Part shown: piece by piece, positions 49,172 to 58,241 of the stretch
Layout: each line of letters starts with the position of its first letter
Position numbering within the stretch: position 1 is the stretch's first letter
Source: Myxococcota bacterium
GTDB lineage: Bacteria > Myxococcota_A > SURF-8
DNA: 64,000 nt
Assembly (NCBI GenBank): GCA_963674735.2
Contig: CAXXQS010000002.1
Coordinates: 1,696,001 to 1,760,000 of the forward strand
Reading direction: 5' to 3'
Notes under the pieces: model-generated
The model's database searches: none
What the model saw: only the letters and a program-made list of their open reading frames with translations
Told to the model about the DNA's origin: nothing
Made by a program: the position numbers and the translations under genes

Positions 49172-50026
49172 ATGGTCAGGACAAAGAGTGGGATATCGGC
49201 GATCCATACGGTGGGTACGTTCATGAATGGGCGGGCATGCTCGGATACGCTTTTTCATGTGCTCAGCCGTGCATTCGACGATCCACTTGAACGTGAAGAG
49301 AAGGCGACCTCCTTATTCGCGGGTGGTATCCTGCAATATGGCTACCAGTGCGGGATGCTTTGGGGAGCGACGCTTGCCGCAGGAGCACGGACGCATCGAC
49401 GCTTGGGATCGGGACCGCGAGCCGAAGTCGAAGCGGTTGCCGAGGCACAAAGGCTTGTGGAATTATTTCGTGCTCGCAAAAACTGCATCAATTGTTTCGA
49501 AATAACGCATACCGACCGGTCATCGTCAACCTTGGAAATGATCCTGTATTTTCTTGTCAAAGGTGGAACCATCGGCTGTTTTCGTATGGCTGCGGGATAT
49601 GCATCTAAGGCATTTAACGAGCTTACGGATGGCGTGGGCGAGTTACCCGATAAAACGCTTGCTCCGCCGGTCAGTTGTGCGGCGGTCGTGGCTCGGAAGA
49701 TGGGGGCATCTGAGTTGCATCAAGGCATGGTGGCGGGATTGGCGGGGGGTATCGGACTATGCGGGGGTGGCTGTGGCGCGCTGGGAGCTGCGCTATGGAT
49801 CGTCGCGATGGATTCAGCCAAGGAAGGGATCAAGGGTAATCTCTGGAATTCAAAGCTCTTCAAATCGCGGGCCGATGAGCTGATCGATCGTTTCCTGAAG
49901 TGTTCCGGTCATGAATTCGAATGCTCCCAAATCGTTGGGCGGCAGTTTGAGAGCATCGCCGACCATGCCGCTTATCTGCATGATGGCGGTTGTTCGAAAG
50001 TGATCGAAACCTTGTCTGTACGGTGA
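49172..50026 (+). CDS. C-GCAxxG-C-C family putative redox protein, duplicated domain
   Basis: ACS...QCGMLWG...INC...GC and SCA...GCGALGA...FEC...GC. Confidence 0.75.
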   Translation: MVRTKSGISAIHTVGTFMNGRACSDTLFHVLSRAFDDPLEREEKATSLFAGGILQYGYQCGMLWGATLAAGARTHRRLGSGPRAEVEAVAEAQRLVELFRARKNCINCFEITHTDRSSSTLEMILYFLVKGGTIGCFRMAAGYASKAFNELTDGVGELPDKTLAPPVSCAAVVARKMGASELHQGMVAGLAGGIGLCGGGCGALGAALWIVAMDSAKEGIKGNLWNSKLFKSRADELIDRFLKCSGHEFECSQIVGRQFESIADHAAYLHDGGCSKVIETLSVR

Positions 50027-50163
50027 TCAACTTGAAAAACGTGATACGCGCTGGATTGCAAGATCAATACAACGGTTTGATTTCATTTGAGAAAATACGA
50101 TAAATGTGCTAATTTTGATAGAAATCTAAATGACTTCCGCTACATAAACCACAGGATACCGAT

Positions 50164-51996
50164 ATGAAACCTGTTTTTGTAATTGGAGTGCTAGGATTGT
50201 TTCTGTCTTTTGCCATCGGTTGCGATGGAGATGATTCCACAACGGGGATCAATACCGATGGCGATGCGATCGACGGCGACTTGACCGACGGTGACCTGAC
50301 GGACGGTGACCTGACGGACGGTGACCTGACCGATGGCGACCTGGATGACGATCCCGTTGATATCGATGAATGGAACGCGGCAAGCGAGTTTACGGTTGTC
50401 GAGATTGACCCGAATGTCTCGGCTACATTCCAGCTGGCGGTACAAGCCTGTGCCGGTTTGTATAATCGCGAGCTCGGCGGCTCCATTTACGTCAAAATGG
50501 AAACCAAAGATCAGCAATGGCTGGATGAACTCGATCTGGAGCCAAAGAACGTCATCAATGCCCTTGACTTCCTCGATGCATGTGTTGCCAAGTTTCCTTC
50601 CTGCCTGCGCTATTCCTACGACGACCAGAGGCTGGCAATGCCAAGCATCCTGACCATCGCTTCTGTGCTGGGAGCGGTGCCCCTGGATATGGGGATGAAC
50701 ACCTCCTGCGGCGAAGTCACGTTCGATGCCACCACCGAACTGGCGAACAAAGACACCCCCTATCTTGCCACGCAGTATGTCTTCGAGAACTACGCCGAGC
50801 AGACCACCGGCCTGGCCATGCTCAACCCCGGATACGAAATCTGGGAAAACAATACGGACAACCCCGTACTTACACGGGATATGCCCCCTTCTCTGGTTGA
50901 TTTCGTGTTTTCCCAAAAACTGTTCGCCCTATTTCTGACAAACGGCTGCCGAGACGAGAATCCCGAGAAGGAACTTTTGCACGCAATCGTCAACGCCGGT
51001 CACTGGCAGACACCGCTCGGCGTTTACGGTTACAACAATTCATGGATGGTCATGGGTGGCTTTTTCTACGAGGCTCAAACCCAATGCCTGGATTCCCGCA
51101 ACATGGGCGCCATCCCCACCGAAACAAGCAATCTATCATTCTTCTCCACCCGGCGACCGCCGATCCGGGAGGCGAGCGAACTCGAACGAAACGAGACGGA
51201 GGACATCGAATACGATCCGACCAAGACCTATGTTGCCTTCGTGATCGGCGACGGTGACAACGTCGCCTTCATCATGAGCACGCGCAACGTTTGGCTTCGT
51301 CAACGGCTGGCGGATTGCGAGAAAACGGACAATTCCTGTGCGCCTATCACCTGGAGCATTTCGCCGCATCTCTCCTATCTCGCGCCCGACGTGCTTAAAT
51401 GGTACCACAAGAAGACCCGCCAGACCGGCAAGGACTACTTTACCCTCCCGCCTAGCGGACACCTTTACGCCTATCCCACTTCGCTGAACGAAGAAGATCA
51501 GAATCGCTTTGTTACGGCGACGGAAGAAGACGCCCGCCTCCTTGGCATCCACGGAACCGTGCACTGGGACTGGATGGGTACCTGGGAAGACGCAGAAAAC
51601 CTCTTCTTGCCCAAATACGCCAAGACCGACGGCGTCATTCGCGGCGTGTTTCCCGTCAATGTGCCGTATATGTTCGAGGCTTTCCCGTGGTGGTCGGACG
51701 ACCAATTCTTTAAGGTACTCGCCGGTAAAGATGGCGGTGAGGTGGCGGTGTTCCGGCCGCGCGAGTGGCGGGGGATCGACAACGACGACGACCCCTTCTT
51801 TCAGAGCCCACAGAAGATGGCCGAAGAACTGGGTAGCTATCCTCCTGGCACAGTTACGTGGGTGTACATGACCAGCGATGGGGGACTAAGTCTCGAAAAT
51901 TCGTTCATGGAATTAGTCAAGATCCTGCCTTCCCACGTCCAACTCGTGAGTGCGGATACGGCGGCTAGACTGGCGCTGAGCGTGAGTCGCAACTGA
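50164..51996 (+). CDS. Lipoprotein with a (DGDLT)n tether and a GxGYxYP-family putative glycoside hydrolase domain
   Basis: Lipobox AIGC; VAFVIGDGDN, PITWSISP, PPSGHLYAYP. Confidence 0.75.
   Translation: MKPVFVIGVLGLFLSFAIGCDGDDSTTGINTDGDAIDGDLTDGDLTDGDLTDGDLTDGDLDDDPVDIDEWNAASEFTVVEIDPNVSATFQLAVQACAGLYNRELGGSIYVKMETKDQQWLDELDLEPKNVINALDFLDACVAKFPSCLRYSYDDQRLAMPSILTIASVLGAVPLDMGMNTSCGEVTFDATTELANKDTPYLATQYVFENYAEQTTGLAMLNPGYEIWENNTDNPVLTRDMPPSLVDFVFSQKLFALFLTNGCRDENPEKELLHAIVNAGHWQTPLGVYGYNNSWMVMGGFFYEAQTQCLDSRNMGAIPTETSNLSFFSTRRPPIREASELERNETEDIEYDPTKTYVAFVIGDGDNVAFIMSTRNVWLRQRLADCEKTDNSCAPITWSISPHLSYLAPDVLKWYHKKTRQTGKDYFTLPPSGHLYAYPTSLNEEDQNRFVTATEEDARLLGIHGTVHWDWMGTWEDAENLFLPKYAKTDGVIRGVFPVNVPYMFEAFPWWSDDQFFKVLAGKDGGEVAVFRPREWRGIDNDDDPFFQSPQKMAEELGSYPPGTVTWVYMTSDGGLSLENSFMELVKILPSHVQLVSADTAARLALSVSRN
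50257..50346 (+). repeat. 15-bp coding tandem repeat, 6 units of DGD[AL][ITD]
   Basis: gacggtgacctgacg-type units. Confidence 0.9.
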
Positions 51997-52095
51997 GTTA
52001 GGGTTGTCCGTTGCAAGCGGTAGCGTGATCCAACGTGCTTCGACGATTGGCACGACTTCGTTGATCGGGTACTGGAAATCGTAAATAACTGCCAT

Positions 52096-52130
52096 AAAAA
52101 CAGCCACTTGACCAAAATGCCAAGTGGCTG
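52096..52130 (-). terminator. Terminator downstream of tRNA-His
   Basis: CAGCCACTTG...CAAGTGGCTG 10-bp stem followed by TTTTT on the - strand. Confidence 0.7.
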
Positions 52131-52137
52131 AAATTAT

Positions 52138-52215
52138 TGGGGTGGGTGATGGGATTTGAACCCACGGCCTCCAGGGCCACAACCTAGCGCTCTAACCAAC
52201 TGAGCTACACCCACC
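52138..52215 (-). tRNA. tRNA-His(GTG)
   Basis: G(-1)GTGGGTG acceptor, TAGCTCAGTTGGTTAGAGC D-arm, anticodon loop TTGTGGC, GGTTCAAATCC T-arm, encoded CCA. Confidence 0.97.
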
Positions 52216-52251
52216 ATACCAAAGGTCCGCCTCCAAAGCAGGCGAGACGGT

Positions 52252-52280
52252 ATAATGGCGAACCGCGTCGCGTTTGTCAA
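52252..52280 (-). promoter_or_regulatory. sigma70-type promoter of tRNA-His
   Basis: TTGACA-N17-CATTAT on the - strand. Confidence 0.6.
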
Positions 52281-52487
52281 GATTTCTTGCAGCTAAAAAA
52301 GTCATTCATCCGTTAAACAACCACTTGAGCGAATCCCGACCGCCGGTTTGAGTCACCCGGCGGGCGAACCGAATTTGAACATCGATAATAGGATTCTAAC
52401 TTGAGATCTGGTTGCAACTTTGCACAATGCCCCTAGCGTTGACAATCGGTTTGAAACGCCCAATCAATCAACCTGCGAGGTGGTCGG

Positions 52488-54140
52488 ATGAACAAGCAGA
52501 TCTTCCTGATGTTACTGATGTTGTTGGCGATAGCCATTTCGACGGCTGGATTGAGTGGTTGCAACGAAAGCGACGGCGATACGCCCGACGGCGACTCACC
52601 CGACGGTGACGCACCCGATGGCGATACACCCGATGGCGACGCACCTGACGGCGACGCACCTGACGGCGACGCGCCCGACGGCGATACACCCGATGGCGAC
52701 GCACCTGACGGCGACGCGCCCGACGGCGATGCCCCTCACTGGCCCGATTGCGATTTATCGGCGAGCACGCAGGCGATCACCTTCATTCATATCAACGATC
52801 TGCACTCGGAATACACACCCGATCCGGCCTTCGACAATGAAAGTCCCGTGAGTCGTTTGCGTGGCTATTTCGAACAGGTGAAGGCCGAACAGCCCTTTAC
52901 CCTTTTTACCGATGGGGGAGACGATCACGAGAAAGGGTCGGTGGCCGAGCCGCTTTCAGACGGCTACAGCACCACCGAAATCGTTCACGCCATGGGGTTC
53001 GATGTGCGTGTCATCGGCAACCATGATTTTGCCTGGGGACCGGAAGAGGTGATGGCCTTCTCGCGTGATCCCCATGCTTTGGTCCTGGCCAGCAATACCA
53101 CCTATGATGGTCCGAATCCTGAAGACTGGTGGGCGGTTTCCTACGGAGAACGCAAAGTCGGTTGTGTGACCATTGGCTTTTTTGGAATGGCTCCCAAGCC
53201 CTATAACGCCAACAACCAATCCTACGCAGGTGATTACTACCCCGGCGGCGATTTTCACACTGATCACGACTATCCGGCGGTGGCTGCGGCCATCGTCCAG
53301 GCGCATCGCGCCGATGTGGATTTGATGGTGATGGTCAGCCATTTGGGAAATGGAACCGATGCAGACATCGCTGCTGCCGTTCCCGGAATCGACGTGATTC
53401 TGGGCGGACATTCGCACACGACTCTTTATCAGGAGGATAGGGTCGGTGAGACCGTTATTGTGCAGGCTGGTTCCAACGCCCTGTGGGCGGCGCATCTGGA
53501 TCTGACCGTCGACCTGGAAAATGGCGGGGTGGCCGACTACAACTATTCCCTCAACATGAACATGTCCGGAACCATGCCGGTGGACGAGACCGTACAAACG
53601 GCAGTGGAGACCACTATGCTGGAATATGCGCCGGAGGCCAATGATCCGGTCGCCATGGTGGTTGCAAATCGCAACGAGGCACAAGTCGCCGCGATCACGG
53701 CCCAGGCGGCAGTGGAAACGCTATCGGCGGATGCTGCAGTTGTGATCGTCGATGAAGTGTGGGCGACCTGGTCTTCTGGACCGCTGACTCAGCAAAAAAT
53801 GTTGAATACCTACAAAATAGAGCGTCAACCTGCCGGGTCGCCGGGCTTCAACAGTTTTTACACGGTCAGCTTGAGCGGCGATCAGCTTCAGGCAATCCGC
53901 GATCATCTGGATGACGGCTATGCTTGCGTCGTTCCCGGCGATATCGAGGCGGGAACGACCTATACCTTGGCCATACAAAAAATGCTTGCGTTCAATCCGG
54001 ATCTCTATCTCCCGGTGGGAACCGTGATGTCGGAACCGGTTTTCGCCATGGAAGCTTGGGAGTTGCTGGATACCTATGGCCGAGCCCGCACGCAGGCCGG
54101 TCTGTATATCGATGTGGAAGAAGCGTTGATGGCTTTGTAA
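52488..54140 (+). CDS. Lipoprotein with a (DGDxP)11 tether and a 5'-nucleotidase-like metallophosphoesterase
   Basis: Lipobox LSGC; INDLH, DGGD, GNHDF, SHLG, GGHSH motifs. Confidence 0.88.
   Translation: MNKQIFLMLLMLLAIAISTAGLSGCNESDGDTPDGDSPDGDAPDGDTPDGDAPDGDAPDGDAPDGDTPDGDAPDGDAPDGDAPHWPDCDLSASTQAITFIHINDLHSEYTPDPAFDNESPVSRLRGYFEQVKAEQPFTLFTDGGDDHEKGSVAEPLSDGYSTTEIVHAMGFDVRVIGNHDFAWGPEEVMAFSRDPHALVLASNTTYDGPNPEDWWAVSYGERKVGCVTIGFFGMAPKPYNANNQSYAGDYYPGGDFHTDHDYPAVAAAIVQAHRADVDLMVMVSHLGNGTDADIAAAVPGIDVILGGHSHTTLYQEDRVGETVIVQAGSNALWAAHLDLTVDLENGGVADYNYSLNMNMSGTMPVDETVQTAVETTMLEYAPEANDPVAMVVANRNEAQVAAITAQAAVETLSADAAVVIVDEVWATWSSGPLTQQKMLNTYKIERQPAGSPGFNSFYTVSLSGDQLQAIRDHLDDGYACVVPGDIEAGTTYTLAIQKMLAFNPDLYLPVGTVMSEPVFAMEAWELLDTYGRARTQAGLYIDVEEALMAL
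52572..52736 (+). repeat. 15-bp coding tandem repeat, 11 units of DGD[TSA]P
   Basis: gacggcgacgcaccc-type units. Confidence 0.95.
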
Positions 54141-54161
54141 AACGACGCCTTGAAAAAATAA

Positions 54162-54195
54162 ATGGCCGATCCAAGCGGGTCGGCCGTCTTTTTTT
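54162..54195. terminator. Bidirectional intrinsic terminator
   Basis: ATGGCCGATCC-AAGC-GGGTCGGCCGT flanked by an A-run and a T-run, between convergent genes. Confidence 0.8.
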
Positions 54196-54216
54196 CAAAG
54201 AAAAAGCGTGTTCGGC

Positions 54217-55290
54217 TCAGTCGGCGGCTTTCCACCCGAACCAGGTGAGGAACGGCAATCCCGCGCCGGTGGCGGTTTCGATACCTTGACCGGATGACGC
54301 GACTTCGGCGTTCTGAATCAAAGCCCACTCGCCTTCCATGACCGGTTCATCGTCCCAGGTGTAGGTGGCGACGCTGCCGAGACCGTATATCAGGACGTCG
54401 CTACCGGCCGCCAGACCGGTCGTATTCTCGATCCATACATGCACGGCATCGGGGTCGTGCACTTCCACCTCGGGTGCAACGGTGAAGAGTTGTGCGGGTG
54501 GGTCGGCCGGATCGATAAAGCAGGGCCAGCCCCAGGCGTCGGCGTCCCACTCCATCAGGTTGATATCGGCATAGCCGCCCTCCAACGGAGTCAGATCTTC
54601 GGGAATGACGGTCAACATCGAGTCGCCGGAGAGGTGCATCGCGTGTTCCGTTGCCGGATCGTCCAGCGGGTCGCGAAGCGATTCGGGGACGGCAGGCAGT
54701 TTGAAGGCGGTGCTTGTATCGACGTTACCCCCGCTTCCGAGATCGATGGGACAGGACAGCGAAATGCGGCCGGTCAGCTCCACCGGCAGGAAACGAATCG
54801 CCGAATGCTGGAGGCATTGCTGTGCTTCGGGGACCAGCACCTGGTAACGGCCGTTATCGTCGGTGAAAACGGGGCGCAAGCAGGCGCCTTGGTTGTCCGG
54901 TCCGATTATGCAGGCAAAAACGCTGACATCCACCAGCGGGTCGTCGTTTTCGTCCACCACCAAGCCTGATAGCGAGGTGACGCGTACGCCATCGCAACTC
55001 GGGTCGTCGCCATCGGGGGTGTCGCCATCCGGGTCGTCGCCGTCGGGATCGTCACCATCGGGGTCGTCACCATCGGGTTCGTCGCCGTCGGGCTCGTCGC
55101 CGTCGGGGTTGTCGCCATCCGGGTTGTCGCCATCCGGGTTGTCGCCGTCGGGATTGTCGCCGTCGGGGTTGTCGCCATCCGGATTGTCGCCGTCAGTGCT
55201 GTCGTCGCTTCCACAGGCGGTTCCAAGTGCGAGTAAAACGATCAGGAACAGGAAAAACAAGGCAGATTGCAGGGCGTGTCGGTTGTGCAT
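54217..55290 (-). CDS. Lipoprotein with a (DGDxP)13 tether and a carboxypeptidase-regulatory-like beta-sandwich
   Basis: Lipobox GTAC; LSGLVVDENDDPLVDVSV...TDDNGRYQV. Confidence 0.8.
   Translation of the reverse strand: MHNRHALQSALFFLFLIVLLALGTACGSDDSTDGDNPDGDNPDGDNPDGDNPDGDNPDGDNPDGDEPDGDEPDGDDPDGDDPDGDDPDGDTPDGDDPSCDGVRVTSLSGLVVDENDDPLVDVSVFACIIGPDNQGACLRPVFTDDNGRYQVLVPEAQQCLQHSAIRFLPVELTGRISLSCPIDLGSGGNVDTSTAFKLPAVPESLRDPLDDPATEHAMHLSGDSMLTVIPEDLTPLEGGYADINLMEWDADAWGWPCFIDPADPPAQLFTVAPEVEVHDPDAVHVWIENTTGLAAGSDVLIYGLGSVATYTWDDEPVMEGEWALIQNAEVASSGQGIETATGAGLPFLTWFGWKAAD
55000..55194 (-). repeat. 15-bp coding tandem repeat, 13 units of DGD[NEDT]P
   Basis: gacggcgacaacccc-type units. Confidence 0.95.
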
Positions 55291-55307
55291 GAATGCTTCT
55301 CCAAAAT

Positions 55308-55338
55308 AAAAACCGGCGCACCAAAGAGGCTACGCCGG
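55308..55338 (-). terminator. Intrinsic terminator between two co-directional lipoprotein genes
   Basis: CCGGCGTA...TGCGCCGG-TTTTT on the - strand. Confidence 0.6.
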
Positions 55339-55357
55339 ACCGTTTTTTTATCCGTTT

Positions 55358-57028
55358 TTACAGCTCGCCGTCGGCGGCTTCAGCCTCAACGACTTCCAAC
55401 TCGGTTTCATCTTCGGTCATCTCAGCTTCGGCGATATCGCCATCCGTTTCATCCTCGGTTGATTCGGCTTCCATCTCGTCTTCCGTTCCGTCGCCATCCA
55501 CTTCGGCGTCCGTGTCGCCATCGACAACCGGGTCCATGTTGTCTTCCGCGATTCCGATATAATCGAAGGGCGGTAGAGGATTGTCGCCGAGTTCTTGAAT
55601 CAGCTTCATGTCCGACATGCGGATGGCCGATACCCAAGGGATGCCGCTGAACATTTCGGAGTAGAAGATCACGGGGAAACCGGCCGTGTTGTCGTGGTCG
55701 GAAATGCGGATACCCTTTTCGCAGCCATAGCCATCCATGAGCCCGTCGGCGTATTCGGCGTCGGAATCACGTCCGGCGGCGTCTTGTCCGATCACGTAGA
55801 GAAGCTGGGATTGACGCGCGATCAGTTCCTCTTCCAGTCCGCCATCGTTGCAAACGCGCTGGCGGAACAAGTCGCGACACGCCGGGCACCAGCCGGCGCC
55901 GACGAAGACGAAAAGGGTTTTGATTTCGGGGTGGTCGCAGCGGTACTGAGCCAGATCGAGGCCCACATCCTGGCCTTTGTAATAGGCGCTGGGCCATTCC
56001 ATCGGCGGAACGACTCCCGGCTCCGGATTGCTCTGGCCGGGTGACGGGCCCATGAAATGATAGGGACCATCCGGGTAGTCGCAGGTTGTGTCGGTGGGTT
56101 TTTCCATGTCCACATAGCCCGGCTCGGTGATGGCATCGAGGAACGTTTTATCTCCGAGGCACCATTGCCAGCCGTCTTCGACCGGTGTGGTATAGCCATT
56201 GCTGGTTTTGATCGTGACTTCCTGCAGGTTGAGGTCGGTGAATGAACCGCCGAAGGGTTCCTTGAGCGCTTTCCCCAACTCGGTGAAGCTGACCGTCGCA
56301 CCGGCGATGGGCATGAAGCTGCGTGCGCAGGTCAGGGTGCCGGAACTACCGATGTTGCAGGCCTGTTGCACGGTAATGCAGGTGCTGCAGGTGGCCATGC
56401 TGGTATCGGCTTCCGCGATGGTGAAGGTGGTAGGACTTTGCGGCCCGCCTTTGTCGCCCTTGATCACGACTGTCAGAACATCCACCGGATAGGCGCTTTT
56501 GTTGTAAACGGTATAGGTCCAGGTGGCGAGGTCGGTTTCGTCGTCGACCTCCACTTCCGCCCGTTGGCTGCGGGTGACGAAGCCTTCTTTGTCACAGGGG
56601 TTGTCATCATCGCCGTCGGGATCGTCGCCGTCGGGATCGTCACCGTCTGAGTTGTCACCGTCGGGATCATCGCCATCGGGGTCGTCGCCATCGGAAGCAT
56701 CGCACAGGCAATCGAAGTTGCCGGTAGAGGTCATGCCGCAGCCGACGGCTTGAACACCCAGCGCCATGCAGGCCATGTTGCAGTTTTTGACTTTCCATTC
56801 GCCGAATTCGCAGGCACACAGGTTGCTTCCCATACAATAGCCGCCGGTGGTTGCATCGGCACAAGAGCCTTCACAGGCCGGTTCGTCGCCATCGCCGTCG
56901 GAACTGTCTCCGTCTTCGGTGTCGCCATCCGACGATGATCCGTCGGATTCATTGCAGCCACTTGCCGCGAAGACGATCAGGGAAAGGGCCAGCATGGCGA
57001 TCAGCGTCCAGATCTGTGTGCGTTTCAT
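55358..57028 (-). CDS. Multi-domain lipoprotein: DGD linkers, Cys-rich module, beta domain, CxxC redoxin-like domain, acidic tail
   Basis: Lipobox ASGC; 10-Cys module; FVGAGWCPAC; three DGD-rich segments. Confidence 0.8.
   Translation of the reverse strand: MKRTQIWTLIAMLALSLIVFAASGCNESDGSSSDGDTEDGDSSDGDGDEPACEGSCADATTGGYCMGSNLCACEFGEWKVKNCNMACMALGVQAVGCGMTSTGNFDCLCDASDGDDPDGDDPDGDNSDGDDPDGDDPDGDDDNPCDKEGFVTRSQRAEVEVDDETDLATWTYTVYNKSAYPVDVLTVVIKGDKGGPQSPTTFTIAEADTSMATCSTCITVQQACNIGSSGTLTCARSFMPIAGATVSFTELGKALKEPFGGSFTDLNLQEVTIKTSNGYTTPVEDGWQWCLGDKTFLDAITEPGYVDMEKPTDTTCDYPDGPYHFMGPSPGQSNPEPGVVPPMEWPSAYYKGQDVGLDLAQYRCDHPEIKTLFVFVGAGWCPACRDLFRQRVCNDGGLEEELIARQSQLLYVIGQDAAGRDSDAEYADGLMDGYGCEKGIRISDHDNTAGFPVIFYSEMFSGIPWVSAIRMSDMKLIQELGDNPLPPFDYIGIAEDNMDPVVDGDTDAEVDGDGTEDEMEAESTEDETDGDIAEAEMTEDETELEVVEAEAADGEL
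56603..56692 (-). repeat. 15-bp coding tandem repeat, 6 units of DGD[DN][PSD]
   Basis: Internal inter-domain linker DGDDPDGDDPDGDNSDGDDPDGDDPDGDDD. Confidence 0.9.
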
Positions 57029-57315
57029 GAAATATCCTTTAGCATCGGTTGTCGTTACATGGGGGTCGATCAGCTTGCGCGGGTACGTATAAGGCGATGG
57101 TGCTCACCTCGGAACCCGGGGCGCTGTTCGTCTTTGTTTGCAATTTTAATTGCGGTCTTTAATGTGAAAGCTCCGTGACAAGCTTGTCGCACCTTGTCCA
57201 CACAAAGCGGCAAAGACTATTTGATAACCCACACGGTGTGATTTGTCAATGCCGATTGCCGGATAAGCGTGCAAGAATCGAGGGTTAAAACCTAGATATC
57301 CGTCGGAATGCTGGG

Positions 57316-57759
57316 TTAGTCGGCGGTTTCATCCGGATTTTCGGGCTCCGTACTTTCGGCTTCCGGCTGTGTTTCTTCTGCCGTTTGTTCAGGTTGCTGC
57401 TCGATTTCCAGTGACTTGACCGACGGTCCCGGAGCGGGCAGGGGCGGTGTGTAGGGTGTCGTGAAGGGCAGATCGGTTTCCGTTACGGCATCCGGGGGAT
57501 CGACTTTGCCCAGACCTTGTTCCGGCGGCGACCATTTTTCCCAGTTATTGGCCACATTATCGGCTCCGCCGGCCATTTCACCCACGGCGATGCTCGAAGC
57601 CGCTTTTCTATCGTGGGGATTGGGCAGGCTCTCGGCCCGTTCCTGCTTGGCCTTGTAGGCGCGGTAGTTCCGCTCGTGGCCGTCGTTGGCGTAGGTGGCA
57701 CAGGCGCTCAAACCGAAAACGACGGAAACGACGATGATCATCCGGCGTAGCATGGCCAC
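57316..57759 (-). CDS. Small Pro/Glu-rich lipoprotein
   Basis: Lipobox LSAC; AAGGAGG RBS. Confidence 0.75.
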   Translation of the reverse strand: MAMLRRMIIVVSVVFGLSACATYANDGHERNYRAYKAKQERAESLPNPHDRKAASSIAVGEMAGGADNVANNWEKWSPPEQGLGKVDPPDAVTETDLPFTTPYTPPLPAPGPSVKSLEIEQQPEQTAEETQPEAESTEPENPDETAD

Positions 57760-57840
57760 CTCCTTGGAATGGCGTTCAACACATTTTTATTATACCGTGC
57801 TACGGAAAGAAAACAAGATCGGGATGCGAAAGAAGGGGGC

Positions 57841-58014
57841 AACCTCACCCATCCGCCGTTCCGTCGCTGCCGCGAACACGGGAGGAAAATATCTCACCCA
57901 CCCGCTTGGCGGACCTCTTTCATATTGTGGAGGGGCGATTTCGTTCGCCGTTAAACGGCGAACCCTTTCCACCCTGCAATACGGGGAGGGAGCGAAGCTT
58001 CGCCGGGAGGGGTT
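57841..58014. repeat. Degenerate REP-like palindromic cluster
   Basis: CTCACCCA(T/C)CCGC twice, a perfect inverted repeat GTTCGCCGTT-A-AACGGCGAAC (57943-57963), and an oppositely oriented GGGGAGGG-AGCGAAGCTTCGC-CGGGAGGGG. Confidence 0.45.
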
Positions 58015-58190
58015 GTCCAACTCAATTGCCGCCATTTCCTCACACATCGGACATTATTTTAAATATCTCTACCATCATTGCTTTTAAGCTGCCTGATTCG
58101 TGATGATGCGCTTTACCATGGATTTCTTTAATCCATGAACGCCCTTTGCAAACCTGGTCATGGTGTTCGAGTCCAAAGTCTTGCAAAACG

Positions 58191-58217
58191 AAAACACCCC
58201 GGCCGAAACCGGGGTGC
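58191..58217 (-). terminator. Intrinsic terminator after the hydrolase gene
   Basis: CACCCCGG-TTTCGG-CCGGGGTG-TTTT on the - strand. Confidence 0.75.
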
Positions 58218-58241
58218 GAGTTGTTCAATCTGAAATGTACT

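Noticed and set aside
57029-57315. Riboswitch or sRNA upstream of the redoxin lipoprotein
   Set aside because: Only short palindromes (GCAATT-TT-AATTGC, CACAC-G-GTGTG); no recognisable aptamer consensus
46834-57824. Identical 14-mer AAACAAGATCGGGA at 46834-46847 and 57811-57824 as att sites or a target duplication
   Set aside because: Several 14-mer matches are expected by chance in 64 kb, the interval includes tRNA-His, and no recombinase is present
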